Assembly: GCA_964016885.1 (NCBI GenBank)
Contig: OZ024743.1
Coordinates: 60,016,001 to 60,080,000, forward strand
Source of the DNA: Eledone cirrhosa
Lineage: Eukaryota
Length of the DNA: 64,000 nucleotides
Direction: 5' to 3'
Positions 26,930 through 41,929 of this stretch are shown here, piece by piece. The position numbers and the translations under genes were made by a program. A model generated the notes under the pieces. That model had not been told where the DNA came from, did no database searches, and saw only the letters and a list, made by a program, of their open reading frames with translations. Numbering within the stretch: the first letter of the stretch is position 1; each line of letters opens with the position of its first letter.

Positions 26930-27047
26930 CTGAGTTCAAATCCCGCCGAGGTTAACTTTGCCTTTCATCCTTATGGGGTTGATAAAATAAAGTACCAGTA
27001 ATGTATTGGGTAATTGCTGGCCTTGTGCCTAAAGTAGAAACAATTAT
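26930..27047 (+). mobile_element. SINE, 5'-truncated
   Basis: tgagttcaaatcccgccgaggttaactttgcctttcatcc...gtagaaacaattatt. Confidence 0.85.
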
Positions 27048-27519
27048 TTATCCACAGTGTTCCTCAAATTTTAATAGTTTGAAGACAAACTTTCCCACAT
27101 TCAGCTATGTTTCCAGGTTCATGTTTTTATTTTATTTTATATTTAGTTTGCTCGTTTCGAAGAAGAGCATACCCGAAGATTTAGCTGTTAAGTATAACAA
27201 GTTATATTGCAATTTCACTGAGCACAAACATTATATTCAGTAACAGCAAATGAAAGAAAAGGCGGAAATCAGGAGCAGAAGGCATGCTCAGTAATGTTTA
27301 ATTCAACTTTAAATCTAAGTTTACTAATGTAAAGTCTTACTTAATACATGCACGTTAGAGTGTAAATCAAGATATCTCGTCATTTACACTGGCTGTTCTT
27401 GCTCTGAGTTGGAAGCCCCTCTAGATCAACTTTGGCGCTCAGGCTTTGTGAACTAGATACATTTAAGTTCCAGCATTTAGTGGTGGATTGTCGGAAATAT
27501 TAATCGAGTTGAACAATAT

Positions 27520-27700
27520 ACCCTGCGGTATTTTTGCATTTCAATGTGTCCAGATTTCGTGGATTTATTCCACCGCCCTATTTGGCATTGCGTCTGATAC
27601 TTTGGGAGGATATTTACCCTGCAGCAAGCATTCGGGTTTGGAGTCGAATTTGAGGAAAACAAAGCATTTATCCTTCCCGAAAAATGTGAATTCATAGGCG
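27520..27700 (-). pseudogene. Possible Tc1-like transposase N-terminal HTH fragment
   Basis: Weak, frameshifted similarity (FVFLKF...PP...IGRW..KSGH...KYR). Confidence 0.3.
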
Positions 27701-29099
27701 CTTCTCTTTTCTCTCTGATTAAACTTAAAGAAAACCGGATAAATACACAGAAAAATCGCATTAAAATACCCAACGCATACTGCCCAACAAAAGTTAAATC
27801 AGAACTACACAAAAAGTACATATCTTTATGAACCCAAATTATTCTCAGAAATAACTATCTGTTTATAATTCTGAAAATAGAAATTTTGAAATTGAAAAAA
27901 ATTAAAATATGTAGTAATTAAAGAAATAAAAATTAGATTGTTTTTACTGATCAATGAAATTTTATCCTGGAGATAAAGCCAAATGATATTAAGTGAGACA
28001 CTATAGACATACAGGAAACATTAAACCGCAAATATCACTAGGATAAATCAAGTAATGTATTCATGACTAAAACTCATATTGTATTATCAATACTTTACCA
28101 GAGACAGATTCAAACAATATCGCGACGATACATCAGTTAGTGGAGCCAAAACGTGCATTGGATTTAAAAATGAAAAGGAAATTTATATCTTATTTCATAA
28201 AACGATATGTAGAACAAAAATTCAACCTACACACAAATTACACGTAGTAGTACTCGAGCAAATTAAATAAGAACGTCATCTTATATTTCTGTACGTTTCT
28301 AGTATTGGTGATGTCGAATTGATATTCTTTTTACGCAGCTGTCTGAAAAAGAGGGAAATTGAAAGTCCGGAGCTGGGTGTGACTGCAGTAAATGAAAGAC
28401 TTCAATTTATTTGAAAAAATTGTTGCAGAGAACATGGCCTGATGATTTGAATTGCAAGTAAACGGTTGTACCTATAATTCCTGGTTCCTGGTATTTATTT
28501 TAAGGTTTGTTCCTGTTTCTCGTTGCAATAACAAGCGGACAGTTTATGTTTGGTTCCCCTGTTATATTATATATTTTATTAATGTCATTAATGTTATTAT
28601 TGTATTGTGGGTTAAAACTGTCTCCACGTAGCTATATTTATAAGACGTCCGATACGACCGGTGATTTATATTTGTATAAAAGTGTGACCTGCAATGGTAT
28701 ATATGTGTTCTATATTCACTTCCGGCGTTTTACTTAGAACTGTAAGAGACTTCCATTTCCTACACATAAACTGTATTTTATTTGTATCTTTAAATCTTAA
28801 CATATCGATAGCGACTGAAATATCTTCTAAGAAATTTTTGGTTAGAAGGCACTGATATTATTTGAAATTATTTCCTTTTTTCCAATCACCATGATATTAC
28901 ATCAGCCATGTTGACATTCAGCTCAAAGCTATATCATCATCATCGCTATGTTGATCATCATCCTTATTTTCCATCATTATAAACATCACTATTTTTATAA
29001 CTATTATTATTGCTATTATTTTCATCATCATCACCTCCACTACCAGCGTCATCATCATCATCAAACTTATTGTTATTTTTATCTTCTTTTACATCATTT

Positions 29100-29760
29100 A
29101 AAGCTGGTAATGGAATATGGATGTCTTCTGTTCACAATCTGTGAACTGGAAGTTCACTTACAAATTTCAAGCATTTCTCTGAATATTCAAACAGTTCTTC
29201 GGAATGTTGGTTTCTACTGTTGTTCCAGCTTCATATTAATCTCTGTTCTTCGTACACTTTTCTGTTTTTTCACTGCTTGGATATAGTGCGCACACAGCGA
29301 TCTGCATCACTTCTACTTTCTTCATTGATCATATGTATCTTATCTGCAAAGGTAGTTTTTTTGTAACTTACATTGATCTTGCTTTCTTTGTCGCAACACT
29401 TATTGTCTGCATGGTGGGCTACATCCAAGAACATACATTCTTCGCTATTTTTGAATATCACCATGGTATACACGTTTCAATGATGAACTACATGGTCGCA
29501 TTGGACGAAGAAATCTCATACGATTTTGCAACAATCAATGCCCGCAATACCTTTTAGTCTGTGATCGAAACATTTATCTGGCTTCTCGAGACCGTAGTCC
29601 GGGTATAGCTCAGAATGATTGATCTTAGCCAAATTATCACGACATCGTTTGCATGCTTTCTATTTTGACTAAGCTTTGAACATATGAGTTAAACTCGATT
29701 CATCCATTAAAAAAGCTGTTCAACCTTATTTGAAATTCTGAACAAATTTAAGCATTCCAG
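29100..29760 (-). pseudogene. Highly degenerate RTE-like LINE 3' fragment
   Basis: Frameshifted traces of RRM..W..H..N..VL and GK..R.R.R motifs. Confidence 0.4.
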
Positions 29761-29829
29761 GACATGAGAGTGTGGAATTATATCACATGCCTTGCAATAA
29801 TCTATTACTAAATTTCATTACAATTGTCT

Positions 29830-29947
29830 TATATTCATGGAGCATAGCCACATCACATATATTTGTACTCGGTATAGATGAATATAATACAATTGTAATA
29901 AAATACCGAGTGAAAATATATGTGATGTGACTATGCTCCATGAATAT
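29830..29947. repeat. Small inverted repeat (~45-bp arms)
   Basis: atattcatggagcatagccacatcacatatattt..actcggtat / ataccgagtgaaatatatgtgatgtgactatgctccatgaatat. Confidence 0.85.
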
Positions 29948-30089
29948 ATATATGTTTGTTTTATATTTTCTATATTAACATTATCAGTACCCTACAAAGT
30001 ATTTGTGCACTAGGCATACAAACTATTTTTGAATAGTGTATGTAAATCTATGAGCTACACGTTTAGTTATGTGATCTTCTTATCAAGTC

Positions 30090-30420
30090 GCTACACCATA
30101 CCCGTCCAGACTTGCTCACAGAGACTTATCTGGGATGTGGAGGTTTCAAGGTCGTTAAGTGTACATGAATATTCAAGGTTGAGGCAAACTAGAAGGTGCT
30201 CCATAGTTTGTAATTGCACGCATTGGCAATTGGAATGATTATCAATAGCATATTCCTGTTTCAGAAGATTTGCTCTTAGCGATCAACAACTGCACGCAGG
30301 TGTTTCAGGTCGGACGAAAAGATATCTAATTGCTGCAATCAGAAATATCCCGACGGATCCGAGCTCCGAGTACTTTCGTAAATCTTCCCATATCTTCAGT
30401 GCCAGTTATTGATGACAAAG
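30090..30420 (-). pseudogene. LINE 3' fragment with Zn knuckle
   Basis: CQCVQLQTMEHLLVCLNLEYSCTLNDL, same motif type as 5538-5745. Confidence 0.55.
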
Positions 30421-30830
30421 AGACAGTGTCCACCATTTCAGTACCATTATCCTATTCTTTTGTGATCATAAGTAACTACTTCATGATAGAGGTAGGAAGC
30501 AAAAGATGTATAAGAGCAAAAGGTGAAAAAAGAACGAACAATAAATGGATCTATTCAAACAAAGGTTATTCTTCTCATATGAAGGAAAGCTTTTAACAAT
30601 TTAAATTTCTATCGTTGAACATTTTTAGTGGTCTATATGTTCATAGATAATATATAGGAATATATATAAGTAAATTCACCGTTTCTTCTTTTTTACTTTG
30701 TTTTTGTAGTTTTTTTAAACAATTTTCTTAGCTAATCATCTAAATTCGAACCAGACCGTATATACCATTGCTGTATATTTTAAAGTGCATATATTTATCT
30801 AAAAGCCTTCTATCATACTATCATAATTTT

Positions 30831-30901
<71 letters not shown>

Positions 30902-33900
30902 GTCGGTAAATCAGCAGATTGATGTTTATTCGCAAACATTTGGTATATACGTGGGATTTATGTTTTAAAAGAAATAGGGAACGGAGCCAATCACTAGATG
31001 GAACCGAAGTTATCATTGTTTACATTCGTCCTTTTATTTCTGAGGGAGCAAAAGAAAAATTGGAAAATGATTTCGCTCAAGAACACAATGCGGCGCATGA
31101 TATTCTAGTTTAACTTATGGCCTATATGATTATGAGTCAAACACATTAATCACTAAGCAATTTCATTTCACAAATTTTACAAGTAACTCATATAGATGTG
31201 TTTCAATAAAGCTTTTCGCATTTTCTTCATCTCGAGGCACGTAATATATTTCCCGGAGTTAACAATACTACTGGTCGTAATGTATGTATTGCACGACTTA
31301 AACCACAATATATATATTTTTTTCATGGTGTTGTTTCTGCAACACTTACTCTCACATGTGTGTTCTTTTCTTGATCGCACATTATTTCTTATTTCGAAAT
31401 AACACTTACATACTGAAAGGTTAAAAGTATTCTTGTATATACTTGGTGCACTGGCTCCAAATACACCATACTTATTTTGCTATCAACTCTAGATTTTAGA
31501 TACAGAATACCCCATTAATGCATTGAAGTTAACGACTCTAGTAGTACATAACGTTTCGCTGCTCTCCTTTATTTGGATCTCTGAAATCCAATTCTAACCG
31601 ATTCAGAACAATACACAATATTAAGGCTATTAATATTGTACATGTCGTATTGCGGCCCAAAAACTAAAAGTGAAGACATTCAACAAAAGTTATGTCTATG
31701 TTAGATACCTATGCTATGTTATTGAGATATTGTTTCTATACAATTTGCCAAGTTTAAGTTTAGTTTTTATTTTTGACTATTTACCTTCCCGAATGAGTGG
31801 TTCTAATATATATTTACTGATTCCTGTGTATTCTTTGGGAATTCATATTCTTGTATAAAAAATCTTGAAGAGGTTTCCTTTGCGATTTTCGTTATATAGA
31901 TTATTTATTCCCCGGATATTAAGTTTGCATCTGCCTTCTTTACATCTACAATGACGGATTTTCCGATTTACAATGTTGTGTCGTTTTATTGCTAAATTTC
32001 GTTCTTTTTTTAGTGGATATTTCATTGGTCTGATTATAGACAGAGAATCCCTATGTCCACTTTAACTATTTAGATAAATAACATTCAGTTAAGTCTCTTC
32101 AGTAACATTTTCCCGTTAAAGTTAAGGGACATTCTTTTACAGAAAATCAATTGTTTCCATATTTTCACCGTATACGTCTTGATGAGGCGTTGCTGGTCAA
32201 TATTATAATGGCTTATTCTTTTACTGGCCTCAGTCATTAGACTTCGTCCATACTGGGGTGTTCTCTAAAATCAGTTGATTATATCGACTACAGGACGTAT
32301 TTATTTTAAATGTGGTATGTATGTAATCGATCATTTTTGGCAAGCAGGTAGGTTACGGGACACCGCCAAACACAGTTACAAACACACTTCAAAAACACAA
32401 CATACAGAAAGTGAGTGACCTCCGAAAAATATTGGCAGTTGAAGCAAAGTAACATTAACTGAAATATTTCATGATTTATCGTATGACCTCTGCTCATTTT
32501 AAGTACTGGAAATTATAACGTGGAAGGAATAAAAATCCTCCAGGCATGAACTGATTTTTTTTATTACCCACACAAATACAGAGGTTATCCAACCCAATGT
32601 AGTAATGTATAAAACACAATTAATTACAACCCTTCTCCTTAACTTCATACCAAACAAACCCAAACCCATGATCTCCCAAGGCTATATACTAAACACAATA
32701 TTCCCATAATTTTTTTCTAGCAAAAAACACACATATACAACACTAAAAATAAGTATAGTTAACTAACAATCAGTACTACATAATATGTCGCCACACTGAT
32801 GTAGTAATAAAGGTACTTATAGAAGTAAACAAAACGTAATGTCCTTACCGGGGGGGGGGGGGGGTCAGGCATCTATCTACACAATTCAAACTCAAGAACT
32901 CCCTGGGTAAAACAAATATACATAAACCAACATCAAAACTTTGATATATCATAGATACCTTTTAAAGTTTATGGCTCCTACAAGGATGACAACAAGGATC
33001 TCTCATCTATTTCTGTAATAAAACATAACATCTTCTTTCAACTATAAACATACAATAAATCGGTCTGACACACGAGGTTCCACGCAAATACATTCACAGC
33101 TTCGCCAACGAATGGAATGAGCTCAGATATACGACACCAAGAATAAAGGACTGGAAGTTAAATTCATCTTTCTTGACATTAAATTTAGCTTCTTACAGTA
33201 TTATGTATAAGTCAGGTATTAAATATATATATTCGTAGACGCTCATTAAACTGTATTTACTAAAACCATCCCACCAATCCTCAAACCCAGGTTGATCAAT
33301 TCCTTCTGATACCTGCTTCTACATAAAAATTATAAGACAACACCAAAGCCAAAGATAATTTCTTCCGTGAGAGGCAACAATAATATCTTCCGGTACAGTG
33401 TATCGTAGGACATCACAGGAAAAATAAATAGGACCCATTACAGGACGAATAGCGAGAAAAATTGATCTTTTTAGAGAAATACATGGAAGAGATAGAAATG
33501 TGAAACAACTTTTATAACAACAAAATCCACCAACTTAGAATTGTGAAACGAAATGTTAATATAAAAAGCAACATTGGAATAAGAAGCCAGCATGTATAGG
33601 ATTAATTCAAATAATATTCAACAAATTACAAAACATACCAAACGAAAGAAAAACAAAATTTCGTATATACCCACGGGTCCCAAATAGTAGTTGGGTGGAA
33701 TAAAAGGAGAGGAGGATTCGACAATTATTTTAGGTTGTCTCCCTTGATATAAAAAAAACCCAGAATTAGTCGTTTAGTTTACATATCGAAACCCCAACCT
33801 ATCCTATGTATGTTATAACATATAGGATTTCTATTTTTGTCATGTATGAAATTTTTCATTGTGTAAAAAAAAATTAGTTGTCGCAGGAATGCTAACATTT

Positions 33901-34039
33901 AAAATAAAATGTCACCGGAGATAGATTAGCAAAATTTAATAAGTGGTGTTCAGGATTCTAAGAATATGGAAACCTTACAGTCCACTTCCAAATGTAGGAC
34001 GGGAATATAACTATTTGGTCCGACTCGCAGAGCTCCACT

Positions 34040-34600
34040 GAATGCTAGATAGAAAGGGCTTTATGATCATATAATTTCAATCTGCTGTCCTATAGCTGCA
34101 AGCGAATACCGTAAGAGCGGCACAATACATACATTGGATAATGTGTAAGCATTTTGACCTGTCCCATTAAAAGAATTAGTGGAAGCATCAACCACCTCCC
34201 GTACTTGAAAGAAATTCACATTTCAATTTTGTGGAACTTTAGCGTCCAACCTGACAGAAAATTAAATGCAAATAGACCTGATATGATACTGAATGACTTT
34301 AAACAGAGGGTATGCCTGATGATTGATATGAGCATGCCTGTAGACAATATTCTATCAATAAAAACATTTGAAAATTTGAGGAAATATAAAGGTATGGAAA
34401 TAGAGATTGGAAAAATGTGAAGGGAGCTAAAATAATACCAGTGGTTGTAGGCTCTTTAGGAATGATACCTAAGGAGTCTAATGATTATTTATGCCAAATC
34501 CCAGAAAAACCCACGTAAAGAAGAAATGCAAAATATAGTACTAATGGGAATAGTATACTAGTATACTTCCATATACTAAGGACAATTCTGTCGATATATT
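34040..34600 (+). pseudogene. R4/Dong-like LINE restriction-like endonuclease fragment
   Basis: DHIIS..RHN..IHW; ILWNFSVQPDRKLNANRPDMIL..CLMIDMSMP..KYKGMEIEIGKM; IIPVVVGSLG. Confidence 0.8.
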
Positions 34601-34794
34601 TGTAATCACAAGTGTAAAAGCCTAAAAGTACACATGTGTGTTTATTTTTGTCTTGAAGATGGCGGACCTTGTTGTCTCTTGAGGTCACTGGTTGTGACTT
34701 AGTGACACCTAGTATGAACATAAAGCAAGATAAAAGAAAGGACAATATTAATAATATCAGAAATGGAAATGACCCAACGTGTCGATTCTTTAAT

Positions 34795-35330
34795 GAGTTC
34801 GTTGAAGACCATTGACCACTTGGCCTCAGTCTGCAAAGTAATATATCCCCATGAATATAAAACGAGGCATGATAGAGTGGGGCAATACATACTTTGGGTA
34901 ATGTTCAGGTTCCATGGTCTGAAAACAGAGGGAAAATGGTACAGCCACCAACCAGGTGCATAACAGGAAGCGAGAACCTGAGAATCCTATAAGATTTTCC
35001 TGTGAACACTAGCCAAGGCCAACAGACCTAATATAATTCTGAAGGACCATAATGAGAAAACATGTTTCTTAATTGACATGAGCATTCCATCAGATGTTAA
35101 CAGCTCGAAAGAGTTTGGAAAGCCCGGTAAGTATACAAATTTATCAATTGAAATTGAGAAAATGTGGCATCTTAAGATCTGTACATTACCAGTCAGCGCA
35201 CATGGAATGATGAACTAAGGAAACTGAAGAGATATTTGGACCAGATACTTGGAAGGTCATCTCTGCAAAAGATACAGAAAATTATGCTGAATGTCACTGT
35301 CCAAATCCTGAGACGGGTGTTATCAATTTA
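34795..35330 (+). pseudogene. Second R4/Dong-like endonuclease fragment
   Basis: TIDHLASVC..EYKTRHDRVGQYILW; ANRPNIIL..CFLIDMSIPSD..KYTNLSIEIEKMW. Confidence 0.8.
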
Positions 35331-35480
35331 AAACCTAGCAAAGACATTTACTGTTGTCTGTGCCCTTGTATTAGAATTGATTGTAAAATTCGTGTATTAT
35401 AAAATTTTACCTCAGGTGTCAGTCTGACACTACATGATTTGTGAAAGAGGAGGAAATCAATGGAAGTTTCAAATAATAAT

Positions 35481-35582
35481 AAGGATGAAAGGAAAAGTTA
35501 ACCTCGGCGGGATTTGAACTCAGTTCGTAAAGGGACGTAACTGTGCTGCAAAGCATGGCATCCGACCCTCTACCGATACTCC
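35481..35582 (-). mobile_element. SINE head fragment
   Basis: aggatgaaaggaaaagttaacctcggcgggatttgaactcag. Confidence 0.75.
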
Positions 35583-37672
35583 AGTTACATAATGTTAGAT
35601 TAAGTGAAAGAAATAAGAAAATTAAACGAAATGCAGACATTGTCTTAGGAATTAATGAACTAGAGATAATACAATATTTATTAATGAAGACATGTTGGAA
35701 GATGTTTTGGGCGAATTGGATTAATACTTTAAATAGAACTAAATGGCAAATGTTTAGATATTAGATATCATTAATTTAACGTTCACACTAATTGCTTATT
35801 GTTGTAATTCCTCATCTGTAAGTTAAGTTGATTAGCAAGACGAGACCTAAATGGTCGAAACATAATTAGACCAGTGAGATTAGAATACAACATTCAAAAG
35901 CTGAAATATATTTTCTACAGATAGGGTGAGGTAGAGTTATTATGAAACTAGAAATATATTGCTAGTAAAGATATCAAATTAATTTCAGTCTTCAGAGAGT
36001 TCAAGATATTTGAAGCAGTAGTCACTCTATGATATCTAACCTTCACAATTATTATGTCACTCAAATCAAAGACAGGTGCATTGGCTGGCTACAGTAGCGA
36101 TAACTGTCAGCAGAAGGTGTGCAACATCTGCTATAATGTATTTGCATCAACTGTAGCACATTTCCCCAATCACGTGCCCATTACCAGGCATCATGAGAGT
36201 TAACATCAGCTTCGACTTTGACAAACTATAATGAACATTTAGTGACTGAGATAACAGTGAGACCCTCAGGAGAATGGAGAAACCAAATCAAAAACCAATT
36301 TTAAAATGGGGCTACCAAACGCTATCCTAAATCTATGCGGTATCCGGCAGATCTGGACAACATGGAAGTTCCTAGAAAGTTTCAGTAATAGCAACAATGA
36401 TCATGTCTCAAATCTTGTTGATGTTTTGGATTTTGCAACCCCTTCAACCCCATGCGCCCCATAATCAAATCCATCTCTCGAGGATTTTTCTAAAACATAT
36501 GCTGAAAGTATGTGTATGGAAAAACAATCACTAACAATGTTTGTGGTAACCAAATATAATGGTCATTTATAAAAATGGAACAAATCAAACAATTGGGATT
36601 GAACACATGCATTTATCGAATTGTTAAGTGATTAGATAGTTTGTTACCATATGCATCGAAAAAAAATGAAATTAACAGCTAATGTTTCTACAAGTTTACA
36701 TACCCTTCTATGGGCTATATATTATATGCCGTTTCTTGGCTGTTTTAACAATAGGGAATGATGTTATATCGTTTAAACAACCCTGAAATGATGCATCTTA
36801 TTATCGTGACTCCAGCATTCGGCCACAAGCCTCCACATAGACATTGGCCTTCATCAAACCCCCACATTGAACATATATAAAGCTTTAAATACACATAATG
36901 AATTACGCAATAAATCGTATTGCAATACATAATTAATTCAACCAAATTTGTTTTGTGAGACATTATATAATGTTACGTCACATAATGTATAATTAGTCAT
37001 TACACCTTAATGAGAGATCAAATGATGATAGTATATTAGGCTTCCTGACAGTTACTTACATCATCATACATTTCCATATTTATCCTGTTATTAACGGAGA
37101 TTATTTGTAATGCAAGTGTAATTGTATTTATATCCACTTAATAAAACAGCTTAAATGTCCAGGAGGATGCGAAAAAACTGAACGAAAGAGTGGAAATTAT
37201 CTCTATTATTTGATATTTGAAAAAGCTGCATTAATTGTAACCTCAATAAAGCAAAATTAGATTGATAAAGTCATAAAACTCATATATATATTGCAAAGAG
37301 TCGAGGGTTACATACATAGTTCTTCATGATAAACAGACTGCTAAAGTAACTGATGTATCAATTGAAAAATAATAGGATAAATTTGGTTGAAATACTGTCT
37401 GCTGAAATACGATAATACGATAATAAGAGTTTACTTCGGATAGCACTTTAGAATTACAGTTGGGCATATATATATATATATATGTAGATAAATCTACCAG
37501 AATATACGGTAGTGTCCAATCCGTATGAAGAACTCAATGTAATCCAAATATCATGAAGAGAGAAGCGTATTCAAAAATGTTTTCGATGAAAATCACAGGA
37601 AAACAGAGTCAAGATAATTTAATAAAAACAATGACTAAAAACAAAGAAACAGTTCCTTATATTAAAAAATTC

Positions 37673-37806
37673 ATCATTTTACGATCGTTTCTAGGATATA
37701 TATGTGTGTGTTGGTATGTAGATCATATAGATATATGTAAACATTTTACAAACTATCAGAGGAAATATACATACCTACACATATATATGCTGTCTTCAGA
37801 AATAAT
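37673..37806 (-). ncRNA. Type I hammerhead ribozyme in PLE B pLTR
   Basis: attattt-CTGAAGA-cagcatatatatgtg...cacatatatatcct-a-GAAAC-gatc-GTA-aaatgat. Confidence 0.75.
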
Positions 37807-37977
37807 TGTTTCTACAAGGCCAGCAATTAACCAGTGCATTACTGGTACTTTATTTTATCCACCCCGTAAGGATGAAAGGCAAAGTCAACCTCGGCGGGAT
37901 TTGAACTCAGATCGTAAAGGGACGTAACTATGCTGGAAAGCATGGCGTCCGACCCTCTACCGATACTGCCAATCCAC
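37807..37977 (-). mobile_element. Full-length tRNA-derived SINE with 10-bp TSD cagaaataat
   Basis: A box tggcagtatcgg, B box gagttcaaatccc; TSD 37797-37806 / 37978-37987. Confidence 0.9.
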
Positions 37978-40900
37978 CAGAAATAATGATATTTGTTTAT
38001 TGAAAAAAAAACAACAGAGATTTAATATAATAGGTCTGTTTGGGAACAGGTTTTGAATTGACCAATAGAAAAGTAGTAAGTGGTCAAGTTGATAGAGTAG
38101 TAGACATTTTATTTAGGGGTAGAGGAATGCAGACTTCAGTTTTGAATGGAAAGAATATTTTGGGGATGAAAGAAGTCAAGCCGCTGAAAGGTACACGACA
38201 ATTTGATGTTATTAAAGAATAATGCTAATGTTAAAATCGAAGGAGAATAAAATTTTAGGATAAATGTGTTAGTGAGAAATACCAATGTTATTTAAAACAT
38301 AAGGAATTTAGATCTATAAAAAGAAATTTAGTTGATAGGTATACTTATAGACATAAATTTATATTAATTCATATAGATGTGATAAATAAGAGTTAGATGT
38401 TATTAAAGAATGTTGTGAAAAACGAAGGAAAAGTGTTGGGGGGGGGGGGATAAATGTATTAATGAGAAATAACAAACTGATATAGACTACAAGGAATTTA
38501 AATTCATAGCAGGAAATTAAAATAGATTATATGTATACTTATAGGTATTAATTTTAGGAAAAGATAGCTGTAAAAGGGAAATAAAATTAGGAAGTTCTCA
38601 GTAGTAAAATAATAATTATAGGTTAACTAAATTTTTTAAAAAAATATTATAATAATTTGTAAAATATAAGTGTATATTAATTAGGTTTATAATATTTGAA
38701 AGTTCTTCTAATTCTATGATTGCACGATATAATTAATTATTGTCGCTTATTTAATAGGATATCCTTAGATTTCATTATTTCAAGGAGTTCCTGGGAACAT
38801 AATCTACACTCATATCTGTTATTTTGAAAAGGGATGGCCCTTTTGAGCACACTCCAGGTCAGGTTATAATCGATATTCTTTTTTATATAATTATTAATTA
38901 TTTCAGCCAAGGATGTTGTATTAGGTAATGCGGCATTTTTAAAACTGCGTTTGTGGGTATTAAATCTTACTTTAAATTGGTTAGAAGTAGCTGCTATATA
39001 TGAATAAGTTGAGTCCTTAGTGCTACTTTTACATTTATATACTATGTTATTAATAAGGCAATTTCCTTTTAATGGGCAATTAGCTTTGTTTCTAGAGTTA
39101 CAACCTTTCGTGAATATTATATCAGGGGAGTTAGTCAAATTAGGTGTGGAATTTACTCGACTTGTTGTATGTGAAGGAGATGGTGGTTTGCTGTCGTTTA
39201 TTTTAGTAGTATGGTTATTTTGATGTGATGGTGGTATATTCATGTTTTTTTTTACATGTATATGCATTGTAGGGACTTATATTTTGTTGTATATTTTTGG
39301 TAGTGGAGTAGGAGAATTTGACCGTTGATCTATTTAAAATTTGATGGTATTTATGGTTTGGCGCGAAGTTTTTCCGTAGGATATTAAGAAGGTTTTTAGA
39401 GATATTATCTTTAATTTGTAGATTAAATGGATCATTATACCAAGTAACTCGTCTATTACGGTTTCGATGCTGTTTTTTTTATATTTATACGATGTGTCCT
39501 GATGTTTACTGAGAGAGTTAGTATTAGTGAATTTATTATATATATAGGTTTAGTTAGATTATCTGATTTAGATGTTTTAGTCTGATTATTAGGAATGTTG
39601 TTAGTAATGTTGTTAACATATATTAGAGTATTAGGATGAATAGTTTTTTTGAAAGTTATTATATTTTATGTGAGAAGAGGTAGAGAAATTAAGTTTTAAG
39701 TTGATATTTTGGGGTGTAGTTTGAGTGGAATTTAGGTGTGTGTTTTTTATTTGGTGTTTGGTTTTAATATTGGGTTGTATGTTTGAAGTATTATTGGTGC
39801 AAGGTATATAGACTAATTTGTTTTTGTGGCCGCTTCTAGATAACGCTTCGTTATAAAAGGGCGCATTTTTATCGAATACATCTTGGTTAGATGAAAGGTT
39901 AGACATTCTGAGTGAGATATTATTTGCTAGGTTTTTAAGGATAGATCCAGGGTGATTGGATTGTGAGTGTATGTAATGTAAGTTTTGGTTAGGTTTATGG
40001 TAAGGTTGGTAGATACACGTAGATAAGTCTAAAGTTATATTAAGGAAATTAACTACTTTACTGGTGTTTTCAAATGTAATAGTGAGACTATAATAGTCTT
40101 TGAGGAAAGTTCTAATAAGTTTTTTATGTTTTTCAATTTCTGATAGGCTAAGGTTAGTGGAAAGAAGAAGACAGTCATCACGATATAAACCACCTTTAAG
40201 GGGGGGGGGAAGAAGCATCTATGTTAAATAGAAGAAGATCGGTAATTTGGGCAGAATCACTAGAGCCCATTCACTAATACTAACTCTCTTAGTAAACATC
40301 AGGATACATCGTCTAAAAATAAAAAAACAGCACCGAAAGCGTAATAGACGAGTTACTTGTTATAATGCTCCATTTAATCTACAAATTAAAGATAATATCT
40401 CTAAAAAATGTTAACTATCCTAGAGAAAACTTCCCGCCAAACCATAAATACCATAAAATTTTAAATAGATCATCAGTCAAATTCTCCTACTCCACTACCA
40501 AAAATATAGAACAAAATATAAGGGCCTACAATGCATATAAATGTAAAAAAACATGAATATACCACCAACACATCAAATTAACAATATTACTAAAATAAAC
40601 GACAGAAAACCACCAACTCCTTCACATACAACAAGTCGAGTAAATTCCACACCTAATTTGACTAACTCCCTTGATATAATATTCACGAAAGTTTGTAACT
40701 GTAGAAACAAAGCTAATTTCCCATTAAAAGGAAATTACCTTATTAATAACATAGTATATAAATGTAAAATTAGCACTAAGAACTCAACTTATTCATATAT
40801 AGCAGCTACTTCTAACCAATTTAAAGTAAGATTTAATACCCACAAACACAGTTTTTAAAATGCCGCATTAGTTAATATAACATCTTGGCTGAAATAATTA

Positions 40901-41833
40901 ATAATTATAGAAAAAAGAATATCGATTATAACCTGACCTGGAGTGTGCTCAAAAGAGCCACCCCTTATCAAAATAACAGATATGAGTGTAGATTATGTTC
41001 CCAGGAACTCCCTGAAATAATGAAATCTAAGGATATCCTATTAAATAAGCGACAATAATTAATTATATCGTGCAATCATAGAATTAGAAGAACTTTCAAA
41101 TATTATATACCTAATTAATATACACTTATATTTTACAAATTATTATAATATTTTTTTTAAAATTTAGTTAACCTATAATTATTATTTTACTACTGAGAAC
41201 TTCCTAATTTTATTTCCCTTTTACAGCTATCTTTTCCTAAAATGAATACCAATAAGTATACATATAAACTATTTTAATTTCCTGTTATGAATTTAAATTC
41301 CTTGTAGTCTGTATAAGTTTGTTATTTCTCACTAATACATTTATCCCCCCAAAAATGTTTTTCCTTCGTTTTTAACAACATTCTTTAATAACATCTAACT
41401 CTTATTTATCACATTTTTATGAATTAATATAAATGTATCCCTATAAGTATACCTATCAATTAAATTAATTTAGTTTATTTTTATAGATCTAAATAAGATT
41501 GGTATTTCTCACTAACACATTTATCCTAAAATGTTATTCTCCTTCGATTTTAACATTAGCATTATTCTTTAATAACATCAAATTGTCGTGTACCTTTCAG
41601 CGGCTTGACTTCTTTTCATCCTCAAAGTAATCTTTTCATTCAAAATATTCTTTCCATTCAAAACTGAAATCTGCATTCCTCTACCCCTAAATAAAATTTC
41701 TACTACTCTATCAACTTGACCAGTTACTACTTTTCTATTGGTCAATTCAAAACCTGTTCCCAAACAGACCTATTATATTAAATCTTTGTTGGTTTTTTTT
41801 CAATAAACAAATATAATTATTTCTGAAGACAGC

Positions 41834-41928
41834 CGAGGTTGATTTTGCTTTTCATCCTTACGGGGTCGATAAAATAAAGTACCAGTAATGCACTGGATAA
41901 TTGCTGGCCTTGTGTCTAAAGTAGAAAC
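41834..41928 (+). mobile_element. 5'-truncated SINE with 19-bp TSD aattatttctgaagacagc
   Basis: TSD 41815-41833 / 41929-41947. Confidence 0.9.
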
Positions 41929-41929
41929 A

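Larger units (their letters stand above)
37483..40270 (-). mobile_element. Penelope-like element B, 5'-truncated: RT (from motif B'), GIY-YIG, 3' pLTR ending in (TA)n
   Basis: MGSSDSAQITDL; GGLYRDD; VNFLNITLDL..YQPYHKPN..YIHSQSNHP; CPLKGNCLINNIVYKC..YIAATSNQFKVRFNTH..CRLCSQE..LLNKRQ. Confidence 0.9.

Noticed and set aside
35836-35872. Hammerhead-like aagacga-gacc-taaat-ggtc-gaaac
   Set aside because: CUG of the core is missing and there is no convincing stem I or III; at most a decayed relic
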